Notes: generated from the sequence alone by a model not told the origin. A stretch of DNA of 64,000 bases from Gemmatimonadales bacterium (GCA_035517615.1 DATIYM010000007.1:166402-230401); one strand, 5' to 3'. Shown: positions 37,260 through 46,680, counted from the first letter of the stretch. Program-made: numbers and translations.

Positions 37260-39173
37260 ATGATCCAACCGCCGCAGGGTCATTTGGTCCGGCCAGCCTA
37301 CAAGGAGCCGCCCGCCCATGCCCCCAACGCCGCCCTGCTGATCGACTTCGACAATGTCACGATGGCCATCCGGTCCGACCTGCAAACGGAGCTCAAACGA
37401 TTGCTGCAGTCGGAGATTATTCGCGGCAAAGTCGCGGTGCAACGCGCCTACGCCGATTGGCGTCGCTATCCCCAGTACATCGTCCCGCTCTCCGAATCAT
37501 CGATCGACCTGATCTTCGCCCCAGCGTACGGCGCCAACAAGAAAAACGCCACCGATATTCGCCTCGCGATCGATGCGCTCGAGCTGGTATTCACCCGGCC
37601 GGAAATCGGCACGTTCATTCTGCTGTCGGGCGACTCGGATTTCTCCTCGCTCGTGCTCAAGCTCAAGGAGTACGGGAAGTACATCATCGGCGTGGGAATC
37701 CGCGAATCGTCGAGCGATCTGCTGATTCAGAATTGCGACGAGTACTACTCCTACAACGAGCTTGCGGGCCTCACGAAGGAGTCCGAGGCCGTCTACGAAA
37801 CGCGTGATCCGTGGGAGCTCGTGGTCGAAGCGGTGAAGCAGATGACGGCGCACAACGACGTGATGCGGTCCGATCGCCTGAAGCAGGTAATGCAGGAAAT
37901 CGATCCCTCGTTCAACGAGAAGGACTCGGGCTACTCGCGCTTCAGCAAGTTCGTGACCGAGGCTGCCCATCGCGGGCTCGTCACGCTGACCAAGCTCGAC
38001 AACGGGCAATACGAGATCGCGCTCGGACCTCAGGTCGCGGGCGCGGCGGCGCAGCCCGCGTCGCGCACGGCTCCGGCCGTCCGTGAGTCCGAACCGCACC
38101 GGGAGCGGCACAGCGACCGGCGTCGCGGTGCACCGCCGGCGATCTCGCCTGCGGCTCCCGCGGCTGCGCAGGCAACCCCTCCCGCCCCGGCCGCGGCGAA
38201 TAGCGGTTTCTCCTTGAGCGATGCCTTTGGCGCGATGAGGCAGGCGCTGAGCCGGCTAGGCGCGGCCGATCGCCCGGTAGATGCGGAAGAAGTGCGTGAG
38301 ACGATGGCGAACATGGCCGGGGGTGAAACCGGCGAGCTCGAGCCCGATCGCTTCCCCAAGCTGCTGCGCGAGGCGCAGGACGCGAACGTGATCGATGTAT
38401 CGCAGGAGAGTGGTGGCGCGTACGTCAAGCTACACGAGTCGGCGGAAACACCCTCGCATGAAGCGACGCACTCCGCAGCGCATGCCTCCGCGAGCGCCGT
38501 ACCCAGTTCGAGCAGTGGAGAGGCATCCAGAGCGGCTTCCGCCCCGTCGCGCAGCGCGCGCTTCCGCCGTGGCTCGCGGGGTCCGCGCGTGGCTGCCCCG
38601 GACATCCCGAGAATCGGGATCGTCGAGATGGACCCCAATTTCCGGCCCCGGGCCGAGCCTGCGCCCACCCCGCCGCCAGCCGAGCCGATAGCGGCCGAGG
38701 CCGATGCTCCGGCGCACGAGGAGCGCCATGACGAACGGCCGTCGAGAGGGCGCGGTGGTCGCGGTGGACAGCGTAACGAACATGGCGAGGGTCGCGGTAC
38801 CGGTTCGCGCGAGCGTAACGGTGGCGATCGGGGCGAGCGTAACGGCGGCGGCGAAGCTGGCCCGCGCCGCTCGCGCCGTGGCGGTCGCGGTCGCGGTGGC
38901 CGATCGCGCCGGCCCGAGGGGAGCGAGCGCTTCGAAGCACGCGACCCGCAGCGCCACGAATCCCACGCGACTCATGTCACGCCGGCCACGCCCGCCGCGG
39001 TGTCACCAGCGCATGAGCCGGGCGAGCGCGTCGATAACGAATCGCGACGACCCGAACATTCCCAACGCCCTCCCTCCCCGTCTCCCTCCGAGGCGGCGCA
39101 GGATGACGGTGGCACCGGGGAGTCGTTCTGGTCCAGGGTCAAACGCGGGCTGACGGGAGGGAGCGGCGCCTGA
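37260..39173 (+). CDS. NYN (LabA-like PIN nuclease) + OST-HTH/LOTUS protein with a long RGG/Pro/Ala-rich disordered tail
   Basis: NYN motifs ALLIDFDN, NATDIRLAIDA and ILLSGDSDF. LOTUS segment WELVVEAVKQM...YSRFSKFVTEAAHRGLVTL. From about residue 255 onward the sequence is low complexity, with RGRGGRGGQRNEHGEGRGTGSRERNGGDRGERNGGGE. Confidence 0.85.
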   Translation: MIQPPQGHLVRPAYKEPPAHAPNAALLIDFDNVTMAIRSDLQTELKRLLQSEIIRGKVAVQRAYADWRRYPQYIVPLSESSIDLIFAPAYGANKKNATDIRLAIDALELVFTRPEIGTFILLSGDSDFSSLVLKLKEYGKYIIGVGIRESSSDLLIQNCDEYYSYNELAGLTKESEAVYETRDPWELVVEAVKQMTAHNDVMRSDRLKQVMQEIDPSFNEKDSGYSRFSKFVTEAAHRGLVTLTKLDNGQYEIALGPQVAGAAAQPASRTAPAVRESEPHRERHSDRRRGAPPAISPAAPAAAQATPPAPAAANSGFSLSDAFGAMRQALSRLGAADRPVDAEEVRETMANMAGGETGELEPDRFPKLLREAQDANVIDVSQESGGAYVKLHESAETPSHEATHSAAHASASAVPSSSSGEASRAASAPSRSARFRRGSRGPRVAAPDIPRIGIVEMDPNFRPRAEPAPTPPPAEPIAAEADAPAHEERHDERPSRGRGGRGGQRNEHGEGRGTGSRERNGGDRGERNGGGEAGPRRSRRGGRGRGGRSRRPEGSERFEARDPQRHESHATHVTPATPAAVSPAHEPGERVDNESRRPEHSQRPPSPSPSEAAQDDGGTGESFWSRVKRGLTGGSGA

Positions 39174-39781
39174 CTTCGCTCGCTGCTTCGTTCTACGCGC
39201 GACCGGCTGAAACGGTCGCGCGTCGGCTTTTGGGCCATATCGTGATCAGCACCATCGGCGGGCAGCGAGTGTCAGGCCGCATCGTCGAGACCGAGGCATA
39301 CGTGGGCCCGCATGACCCGGCGTGCCACGCCTTCGGCGATCGGCGCACCGAGCGGACGCGGTGCCTGTATGGGCCGCCAGGCATTGCCTACGTCTATTTC
39401 ACGTACGGGATGCATTGGTGCCTGAACGCGGTCACCTGCCGCGAAGGCTATCCGGCCGCGGTGCTAATCCGCGCACTCGAACCGCTCGACGGGTTGCCGG
39501 TCATGCGGCGGCGCCGTGGTGACGTGCCTGATACGGAGCTCTGCGCGGGCCCGGGACGATTGTGCGAGGCCCTGGGGATCACGGGGAAGTGGAATGGCGT
39601 GCCCTTGCAGCGCGGACCGCTCCGCATTGTCCGGAGTGGGGGGGGCGGGGCGGGGAAGATCCGGGTGGTTCGCACCCCGCGCATCGGCGTCACGGCCGCG
39701 CGCGACTGGCCGTTACGCTATGTCGTCGCGCAGACCCGCTGGGCGTCCCGACCGTCGCGGCGCCTCAGTGTTGCTCGGTAA
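39170..39781 (+). CDS. mpg: DNA-3-methyladenine glycosylase (Mpg/AAG family)
   Basis: FYARPAETVARRLLG, VETEAY, GIAYVYFTYGMHWCLN, VLIRALEP and GPGRLC motifs. The conserved N-terminus lies upstream of the only canonical start (TTG 39230). The 5' end is set provisionally at the in-frame CTG at 39170, which overlaps the upstream stop. Confidence 0.8.
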   Translation: MTSLAASFYARPAETVARRLLGHIVISTIGGQRVSGRIVETEAYVGPHDPACHAFGDRRTERTRCLYGPPGIAYVYFTYGMHWCLNAVTCREGYPAAVLIRALEPLDGLPVMRRRRGDVPDTELCAGPGRLCEALGITGKWNGVPLQRGPLRIVRSGGGGAGKIRVVRTPRIGVTAARDWPLRYVVAQTRWASRPSRRLSVAR

Positions 39782-40997
39782 TATCCTCGCGCGAGCTGCC
39801 GAAGCTGTACCGTAGGCCACCCTGGATCGTGTGCGTCACGCCGTTGATCAGGTACCCCGAGGCTCCCGACTGCAGGATGTAGTGCCCATACAGCGTCAGC
39901 CGTCCCTGGCGAGCTTCGATCCCGCCCATGAGCCAGAAGAACGCTTTGGTCGCCGCGGAGAACGTTGCCTGCTGGAGAATCTGCGCGTCAGACGCGGTGC
40001 AGCCGGTGCAGGTCACGGTGGGATGCAGGATCTCCATGATCGAGAACCCGGCGCCAGCAAACGGTTGCACGGGTTTCTGTACGGGGAACGCGACCAAGCC
40101 GGCCATGATGCGGCGGATGTCTTTGAATGCGACGTTGCTGGGCTCGATAGTGCCGTCGGGATGCGCGATCGTCGCGTGCCGGTCGGTCAACGCGAATACC
40201 TGGTCGTAGGCGATGTACATTGCCGTCCGCTTGCGCGTAATGAGCCAATGGCCGCCGAGCACGGGCTCAGCCGAGATGCCGTCGTCGGTGTTCATGACCA
40301 TGACCCCGCCCTGCGCTCCCCAGAACCACTGCTGTGCCCAACCGGCTCCACTTTCGACAAACTGCTTGTTGGACGCCGGCTGGGGCACCGTCCCCCCGGC
40401 GGCCAGAATCGAGTCACGCTGTTCCTTGGTGAGTTCCGGCGCGGCTTGGGTTTTGTGACCGTGGTTTCCCATCACGATCGAGAGACCTGCGTTGCCAACG
40501 TAATTGAGAGGATGGGTCGTAGTACCCGGGCTTGTCGGCGCGTAGTACACGCCTGCTTCGAGCCGCAGCGCGAGAAAATCGTTGAAGAAGATCCGGTCCC
40601 CGATGGCGCCATGCACCGCGTTGAGCCCGATCGCATAGGGACTCGCCGATCCCATACTGAGTCGGGAATATCCGCCGAGCACGTAAAGAATGTTGTGCTC
40701 CCCGCCGGAGTTCAGGATCAGATTGATGTCGCCCGGCCGGACCGGCGTCGTAGCCGTCGTGGGCGCGCCGGCCTTCGGCGTTGCGGTGGTCTGGCCCCCT
40801 GAGACTTCGATGCCGAAATAGTCGTTCAGGAAATACCCGAACCGGCCGCCCCAACCCACTCCATCCTTCAGGTTCCAATATGGATCGAACCGCGTATACT
40901 GTCCGAACAGACCCAGCTCGAAGTTATGAGCGTGCTGGGCGCTGAGAGCTTGTGCGGCGCCACAGAGCGCCACGGCGCAAATCGTGAGAACCCGCAT
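39765..40997 (-). CDS. outer-membrane beta-barrel protein, unknown function
   Basis: Signal peptide MRVLTICAVALCGAAQALSAQ, alternating beta-strand pattern, and an aromatic-rich C-terminal region LRYSF near the end. Confidence 0.7.
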   Translation of the reverse strand: MRVLTICAVALCGAAQALSAQHAHNFELGLFGQYTRFDPYWNLKDGVGWGGRFGYFLNDYFGIEVSGGQTTATPKAGAPTTATTPVRPGDINLILNSGGEHNILYVLGGYSRLSMGSASPYAIGLNAVHGAIGDRIFFNDFLALRLEAGVYYAPTSPGTTTHPLNYVGNAGLSIVMGNHGHKTQAAPELTKEQRDSILAAGGTVPQPASNKQFVESGAGWAQQWFWGAQGGVMVMNTDDGISAEPVLGGHWLITRKRTAMYIAYDQVFALTDRHATIAHPDGTIEPSNVAFKDIRRIMAGLVAFPVQKPVQPFAGAGFSIMEILHPTVTCTGCTASDAQILQQATFSAATKAFFWLMGGIEARQGRLTLYGHYILQSGASGYLINGVTHTIQGGLRYSFGSSREDITEQH

Positions 40998-41068
40998 CGA
41001 CTACTCCTCGATGGAGACCAGACCGACCAGGAGGCTCCCGAAACGCACCGAAAATAGGAAATGATGGC

Positions 41069-41121
41069 AAAAAAGGCGATAGCTGAAACTTCTTGGTGGC
41101 AGGGATTTAAGCCACTGCGCC
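41069..41121 (-). terminator. possible intrinsic terminator downstream of kbl
   Basis: On the minus strand: GGCG...GTGGC-cttaaatccc-GCCAC...CGCC nested stems followed by TTTTTT (complement of the 41069-41074 A-run), about 53 nt after the kbl stop. Confidence 0.3.
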
Positions 41122-41173
41122 TTGAAATTACTTGAGGTGGACGCCGGAAACCCCGAAAGAACACCGATAAACG

Positions 41174-42367
41174 CTAGATCAGCCGCAGCTTTCTACCCAC
41201 GTCCTGGAAGCCGCGCAGCGCGAAATCCAGGTCAGCCCGCGTATGCGCGGCGGATATTTGGCAGCGCACTCTCGCATGTCCTTGTGGGACAACTGGATAG
41301 CCAAATCCAGTGACGAACACTCCCTGAGCGAGCAAGAGATCACTCATCTCGATCGCCTTGGCCGTGTCGCCGAGGATCACGGGGATGATTGGCGTCTCGC
41401 CCGGAAGCGGTTTGAACCCCAACCCACGCAACGCGTCTCGGAAGTATCGGGCGTTGTCGCGCAGCGTGCCAACCAGCTCGGGATGCGACTCGAGATGCTC
41501 GACCGACGCGAGCGCGCTCGCGGCAACAGTAGGAGGAAGGGCGTTGCTGAACAGCTGCGGCCGGGAGCGCTGGGTCAGGTAATCGGTAAGCAGCGCCGAT
41601 CCGGCGGTGAAACCCCCGGCGGCGCCGCCCAACGCCTTTCCCAATGTCGAGGTGATGATCTGGACCTCGCCGAGCAAGCCAAAGTGCTCTGCGGTTCCGC
41701 GCCCATGCTCCCCCAAGACTCCGGTGGCGTGTGAATCGTCGACCGCGACGATGGCGTCATACTGTTTCGATAGTGCTATGATGTCCGGGAGGTTAGCGAT
41801 ATCCCCTTCCATCGAGAACACCCCGTCCGTGAAGATTAGCCGGAGCCTCGAGTCCTGCGAGGCCCGCAGTTTGTCCTCCAGGTCTTTCATGTCCGAGTGC
41901 CGGTACACCGCCGACTGGCACTTGCCAATGCTCTTGGCCAGTCGGATCGAGTCGATAATCGAGGCATGATTCAGCTGATCGGAAATAACGATGTCCGATT
42001 CGCCGAGCAGTGTCGCGCACAATCCCTCGTTCGCGTTCCAGCAGCTCACGTAGCTGAGCGCCGCCTCGCACCCTACCAAGCGGGCCAGCGCTGCTTCGAG
42101 CTCGCGATGAATCGTGAAGGTCCCGCAGATGAATCGGACCGACGCCGTGCCGGCACCGTAGCGGTCGAGGGCGCGTTTTCCCGCGGCAACCACGTCAGGG
42201 GCGTTGGCGAGCCCCAGATAATTGTTGGATGAGAGAATCACGACTTCGCCGCGCCCTTCCATTTGGACGCGGGGCCCCTGCGGGGAGGCGAGATAATTGA
42301 GCCGCTTGTACACGCCTTCCGCGCGAAACTGCTGGAGTTCGCGGCGCAGCCGATCGTCCAGGCTCAC
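41174..42367 (-). CDS. kbl: glycine C-acetyltransferase (2-amino-3-ketobutyrate CoA ligase)
   Basis: SNNYLGLA, and the PLP-lysine region TLGKALGGAAGG. The GTG start overlaps the tdh stop (GTGA). Confidence 0.93.
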   Translation of the reverse strand: MSLDDRLRRELQQFRAEGVYKRLNYLASPQGPRVQMEGRGEVVILSSNNYLGLANAPDVVAAGKRALDRYGAGTASVRFICGTFTIHRELEAALARLVGCEAALSYVSCWNANEGLCATLLGESDIVISDQLNHASIIDSIRLAKSIGKCQSAVYRHSDMKDLEDKLRASQDSRLRLIFTDGVFSMEGDIANLPDIIALSKQYDAIVAVDDSHATGVLGEHGRGTAEHFGLLGEVQIITSTLGKALGGAAGGFTAGSALLTDYLTQRSRPQLFSNALPPTVAASALASVEHLESHPELVGTLRDNARYFRDALRGLGFKPLPGETPIIPVILGDTAKAIEMSDLLLAQGVFVTGFGYPVVPQGHARVRCQISAAHTRADLDFALRGFQDVGRKLRLI

Positions 42368-43392
42368 GCGATTTCCAGAATGACTTTCCCGGCATCGCCC
42401 GAGCGAATCACCGTGAGTGCCTGGTCGATCTCCTGCAGGGGAAATTCGTGCGTGATCACGGGACGGGGGTCGAACAACCCAGCCGAGAGATAGCGTCGCA
42501 TCTGATTCCAGGTTTCGTACATTCGCCGCCCGATCACGCCGTACACCGTGATTCCCTTGAAGATGATGTCCCGTGCGAAGTCGATCGGGACCTCACCGTC
42601 GGGAATGCCGAGCAGCTGGAGCCTGCCGCCTAATCGCACCGATGCGAACGCCTGGTGCAGCGCCGACGGCACACCGGACATCTCGCACACCACGTCGGCG
42701 CCTTCACCGGCGGTTTCCCGCCGGACGGCGGCGACCACGTCTTCCCGTGCCGCGTCGATCAGGACGTGCGCACCCATCCGTTCCGCGAGAGCCAATCGCT
42801 TGGGATTCACGTCTGAGGCGATCACCTTGACCGCGCCTGCCGCGCGGGCGATCCCGACGGCAAAGCAACCGATCGGGCCACAACCCACGATAAAGACCGT
42901 CGAACCGGGAATGTCAGCGGTGAGCACCGTGTGGAACGCGTTTCCCATGGGGTCCATGATGGCGCCGATCACAGTGGGAATACCGTCCAGCGGAAGGACA
43001 TTCGTTTCGGGCATGACGATGAACTCTGCGAACGCTCCATCGCGGTCCACGCCGATGATCTGCGTCCGGCGGCAGATATGCCCGTTGCCCGTGCGGCATT
43101 GCAGGCAATGTCCGCACACGATGTGACCCTCCGCCGTGACCAGCTGACCCGGCTTGATTTCGGTCACACGCTCGCCGACGGCTACAACTTCACCGGCGAA
43201 CTCGTGTCCGATCGTGAGCGGTGGACAGACGCGGCCCTCGGCCCAGCTGTTCCAGTCCGCGATATGGAGGTCGGTTCCGCACACACCGGCGTGCCGGACG
43301 GCGATCAGTACTTCGCCCGGTCCCGGGCCGGGTTCCGCGACGGCGGTTACCGCGAGGCCTTTGGCCCGGCGTTCTTTGCGGATGGCTTGCAT
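42364..43392 (-). CDS. tdh: L-threonine 3-dehydrogenase
   Basis: Zn-ADH motifs GVCGTDLH, GHEFAGEV, CGHCLQCRTGNGHIC and GCGPIG. The pairing with kbl supports the call. Confidence 0.93.
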   Translation of the reverse strand: MQAIRKERRAKGLAVTAVAEPGPGPGEVLIAVRHAGVCGTDLHIADWNSWAEGRVCPPLTIGHEFAGEVVAVGERVTEIKPGQLVTAEGHIVCGHCLQCRTGNGHICRRTQIIGVDRDGAFAEFIVMPETNVLPLDGIPTVIGAIMDPMGNAFHTVLTADIPGSTVFIVGCGPIGCFAVGIARAAGAVKVIASDVNPKRLALAERMGAHVLIDAAREDVVAAVRRETAGEGADVVCEMSGVPSALHQAFASVRLGGRLQLLGIPDGEVPIDFARDIIFKGITVYGVIGRRMYETWNQMRRYLSAGLFDPRPVITHEFPLQEIDQALTVIRSGDAGKVILEIA

Positions 43393-43729
43393 GAGGCCGG
43401 CTGGAAGATAGCTCCCGGCCGGCCGGATCTGCCTCAGGCTGGATGGGGATCGATTGGCAGCGCGAGATGCGGCGGCGCACCGGCGTCATCCTCGTCGGCG
43501 CACCAGCAATACGCCCAAATGCGCGCGGGCCGCAGCAGCTTACGACCGGCGCTCAGGATAATGCCGAGCGGTTCTTCGTCGAGTACCAAGGGCAGGCTCG
43601 TCATGACGATTCCAAGACAGGAGACGAGGCTTGAGTCAGGCAAAACACCTGCCAGTTAGTGATCGCATGCAAGTACTTGTATTTAGCTGGTTTATAAGTG
43701 CGCCTGCGGCGCGAACTACGTCGAATTAG

Positions 43730-44599
43730 CTAGTCCGACACGTTCGCTTGTGTGTCGATATGACGCGCTGGCTTTGTCGCGACGAACCCATCACCGCGGC
43801 GTGCTCGCTTGCGCCGCACGATTTCCCAGTCCGCGTACTGCGTCTGCAGCGTTTCCGCGGCCAGCGGAATGACTTCGGGATTTGCATTCGTCGGCAGAAC
43901 GAGGTGCACGCCGCCCGGCGGTGTCCGCATCTGGAGACCGGTGATGACGCTGCTCCGATCGCGGCCCGCGAGCGGCGCCAGCGCCGCCGGGTCGATCACC
44001 GCCAGATCGGGCGCGACGTCGGGAAGCCAGCCGCCCAGCTGTATCACGAGCGCGTGAAACCGGCCGGCGAGCTGTTCCGAAACCGCGCGGCTTTCGGCCG
44101 CTTCGATGGCCCCGAGGTTCTGATCGAGGAACAGCACCTCGGCGTCGTGCGCCGCAAGGAACAGGGCGCCCGCAAGCGCGCCCGCTCCCACGATCACGAC
44201 CGTATCGCCCGGCTCTACCCGCCGCGCCAGGGTCGCTAGCGGCGCGTCGCGGTCGAGTCCCCAGTGCGCAGCCTCGCGCTGCGAGATCCGGAGATTGCGG
44301 TAGCGCTGGCGCCAACGGGGGAACGCCGGCAACCGCAACCGCCGCGCGATCACCCGATCGACGTGCTCGAGCAGCAACACTTCCGTCAGGAAATACTGTC
44401 CCGCGGCGTTCGTCTCGAGCTCGCGCACGGCCTCGTCGCCGATCTCGAGCAGCTCTCCGCGCGAAAGGGAGTTCTTGTACGCCTCGATCCGCTGGAGCAT
44501 GAACTCTTCGTATTCCTGCTTCAGGGAGCGTGGCGGGCGCCGGACGCCGCGCGGCGCCGCGGCCGCATCGGACAGGGGCGGAGGAGCGGCGCTCAGCAT
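43730..44599 (-). CDS. hypothetical protein with Rossmann/methyltransferase-like fold
   Basis: An internal ATG at 44599 (MLSAAPPPL) overlaps the CDF gene stop by 7 nt. GDTVVIVGAGALAGALFLAAHDAEVLFLD is a dinucleotide/SAM-binding-like glycine-rich loop. Confidence 0.6.
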   Translation of the reverse strand: MLSAAPPPLSDAAAAPRGVRRPPRSLKQEYEEFMLQRIEAYKNSLSRGELLEIGDEAVRELETNAAGQYFLTEVLLLEHVDRVIARRLRLPAFPRWRQRYRNLRISQREAAHWGLDRDAPLATLARRVEPGDTVVIVGAGALAGALFLAAHDAEVLFLDQNLGAIEAAESRAVSEQLAGRFHALVIQLGGWLPDVAPDLAVIDPAALAPLAGRDRSSVITGLQMRTPPGGVHLVLPTNANPEVIPLAAETLQTQYADWEIVRRKRARRGDGFVATKPARHIDTQANVSD

Positions 44600-45489
44600 G
44601 GTTCCACGTGCACGACCACTTCCCGGAGGTGGAGATCCTGTTTTAGGCGTTCCTCGACCTCGTCCGCGATCGCGTGCGCGTCGGCGACGTTGGCGCCGCG
44701 ATCCACGGCAATTGTGACCTCGGCGTACCGAACCGGGATCGTTCCGCGAGAGCGGATGCCGTAGGCGCTCCTCACCCCGCTCACCGCCTCCGCGCGCTCC
44801 TGGATCGTGCGGGGTGGGAGTGCGCGCTGGTCCACGAGCACGGGCACGGCACGCGACAGAGTCCCCCAAGCGACGCGGAGAATGAGGAGAGCCACAACGA
44901 TTGCCACAACAGGATCGGCCCACCACCAGCCATGCCGCGCCAGCAGCACGCCGGCGATGATGCCGACCATTACGAACGCGTCGACCCGCGTGTGGGCGGC
45001 GTCCGCGATCAGCAGCTGGCTGGACAGTTCGCGGCCACGGCGTTGCTCGTACCAGGCCACCACGCCCCCCACGCCGAGGGTCAGTGTCAACACCGCGAGC
45101 TGCAGGTCGCTGGCGACAACGGGATGGCCGCCGGTGATGAGATGGTGGATCGCGTCGCGCAGCAGCTCGAAGCAGCTCACGAATAGAAACGCGACCACCG
45201 CGATCATCCCCAGCGTTTCGAATTTGTCGTGACCATACGGGTGGTCCTCGTCGGGTGCCTTGGACGCAATGCGCACCAGAAACATTCCGAGCCCGTTGTT
45301 GAGCGCGTCGACCGCCGAATCGAGGGCGCCGCCCATGATGGCGAGCGAATTCGCGGAGATGCCGATGGCCAGTTTGACGGCCACAACGGCGAGGTTCGCC
45401 GCCAGCAGGCTCAAGAGGACCCGGCGGACGAGGATGAAGCGTTCGAGCGGTTGCGAGGACTGAGGGACGGGGGCGCTCGCCGTGCTCAT
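44593..45489 (-). CDS. cation diffusion facilitator family transporter
   Basis: Six TM helices with SLAIMGGALDSAVD and HPYGHDKFE motifs, and a C-terminal cytoplasmic domain ending VVHVEPC. Confidence 0.9.
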   Translation of the reverse strand: MSTASAPVPQSSQPLERFILVRRVLLSLLAANLAVVAVKLAIGISANSLAIMGGALDSAVDALNNGLGMFLVRIASKAPDEDHPYGHDKFETLGMIAVVAFLFVSCFELLRDAIHHLITGGHPVVASDLQLAVLTLTLGVGGVVAWYEQRRGRELSSQLLIADAAHTRVDAFVMVGIIAGVLLARHGWWWADPVVAIVVALLILRVAWGTLSRAVPVLVDQRALPPRTIQERAEAVSGVRSAYGIRSRGTIPVRYAEVTIAVDRGANVADAHAIADEVEERLKQDLHLREVVVHVEPC

Positions 45490-45516
45490 GAGTGCAAGCT
45501 TGTGAAAGACAGGGCT

Positions 45517-46680
45517 TTAGTCAACGGCTCGGAGCGACACCCCCTTGAGGTAGCCGCTTTCCGGAACATTGAGGATCTCCGGGTGGTCCGGTGCAGCGCC
45601 GGTCCAATCCACTAGCTGCATGCGGCGCCCGCTGTCGTGCGCGGCATCCGCCAGCATGTCTCCGAATACCGCCCGGTTCACGTGATACGAGCAGGAGAAC
45701 GTGAACAACAGCCCGCCGGGAGCGAGCAGCCGCATCGCCCGGAGATTGATCTCCTTGTATCCGGCGACGGCCCGCGTGACGTTGTCTTTCGTCTTCGCGA
45801 ACGCGGGCGGATCAAGCACAATCAAGTCGAACCGCTCGTCCTGACGTTCCAACTCGCGCAGTAGATCGAACGCGTTCGCTTCGCGCCACACAATGTTTTC
45901 CAGACCGTTCAGCGCCGCGTTGTCGCGGCCCCGGGCGAGCGCCTCGGCGCTCGAATCCACGGCCAGGACGCTGGCGGCGTGTCGCGCGAGATGCATGGCA
46001 AACGAGCCATGGTAGGTGAACGCATCGAGCGCGCGGCCCTCGGGGCGCATGCGCTCCCCCGCGATTTGGCGATTCACACGCTGATCGAGAAACGCGCCGG
46101 TCTTCTGCCCGGTCCAGGGTGCCGCGACATACCGCACCCCGCCTTCGCGCACTTCGACAGTCTCGGGCACGGATCCGTACGCCGCCACGACTTCGAGCGG
46201 GAGACGCTCGTGCCGGCGGATCGCTGCGTCATTGCGAAGCAGTACCCCTTCGGCCTTAAGCGCCGCGCGGATCGCCGCCGTCACGTCGTTGCGCAGTGCG
46301 TCGAGCCCGGCGGAGAGCAGCTGTGCCACGACCCAGGGGCCATAGCGATCGACGATCAGGGACGGCAGCCCGTCGCCTTCCGCGTGGACGACGCGGTACG
46401 CGGAGTCGGGAATCGTACCGCGCCGTGCGAGCGCGGCAGCGATACGCGCCGTCCACCATTCGGCGTCGATTGGCTCGTCGCCCCGCGTGAGGAGACGCAG
46501 GCGGATTTCCGACTTGGGCGAATAGAGCGCCTGTCCCAGCAGTTTGCCGCGTCGGTCCGTGACGTGAACCAACCCAGCCTGGTCGCGGGGCTCGGCATAG
46601 ACGTCCGAGCGGTAGATCCACGGATGGCCTGCGTTCCACCGTGCCGCGCCTCGTGCCGAGACGACGGCGGTCCGTTTCAC
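45517..46680 (-). CDS. rlmI: class I SAM-dependent 23S rRNA (cytosine-C5) methyltransferase RlmI-like
   Basis: N-terminal PUA-like GHPWIYRSDV, AEGDGLPSLIVDRYG, and the methyltransferase core LDAFTYHGSFA / LDPPAFAK. Confidence 0.85.
   Translation of the reverse strand: MKRTAVVSARGAARWNAGHPWIYRSDVYAEPRDQAGLVHVTDRRGKLLGQALYSPKSEIRLRLLTRGDEPIDAEWWTARIAAALARRGTIPDSAYRVVHAEGDGLPSLIVDRYGPWVVAQLLSAGLDALRNDVTAAIRAALKAEGVLLRNDAAIRRHERLPLEVVAAYGSVPETVEVREGGVRYVAAPWTGQKTGAFLDQRVNRQIAGERMRPEGRALDAFTYHGSFAMHLARHAASVLAVDSSAEALARGRDNAALNGLENIVWREANAFDLLRELERQDERFDLIVLDPPAFAKTKDNVTRAVAGYKEINLRAMRLLAPGGLLFTFSCSYHVNRAVFGDMLADAAHDSGRRMQLVDWTGAAPDHPEILNVPESGYLKGVSLRAVD

Noticed and set aside
38800-38860. Short tandem DNA repeats (gagcgtaacgg units)
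   Set aside because: They lie inside the coding low-complexity RGG tail of the NYN-LOTUS gene and keep the reading frame (GERNGG repeats). They are not a CRISPR array or an intergenic VNTR.
41098-41115. Sigma54-like -24/-12 element upstream of the OMP gene (minus strand TGGCttaaatcccTGC)
   Set aside because: The GG-to-GC spacing is 11 nt rather than the strictly conserved 10. The same bases are better explained as part of a hairpin downstream of kbl.
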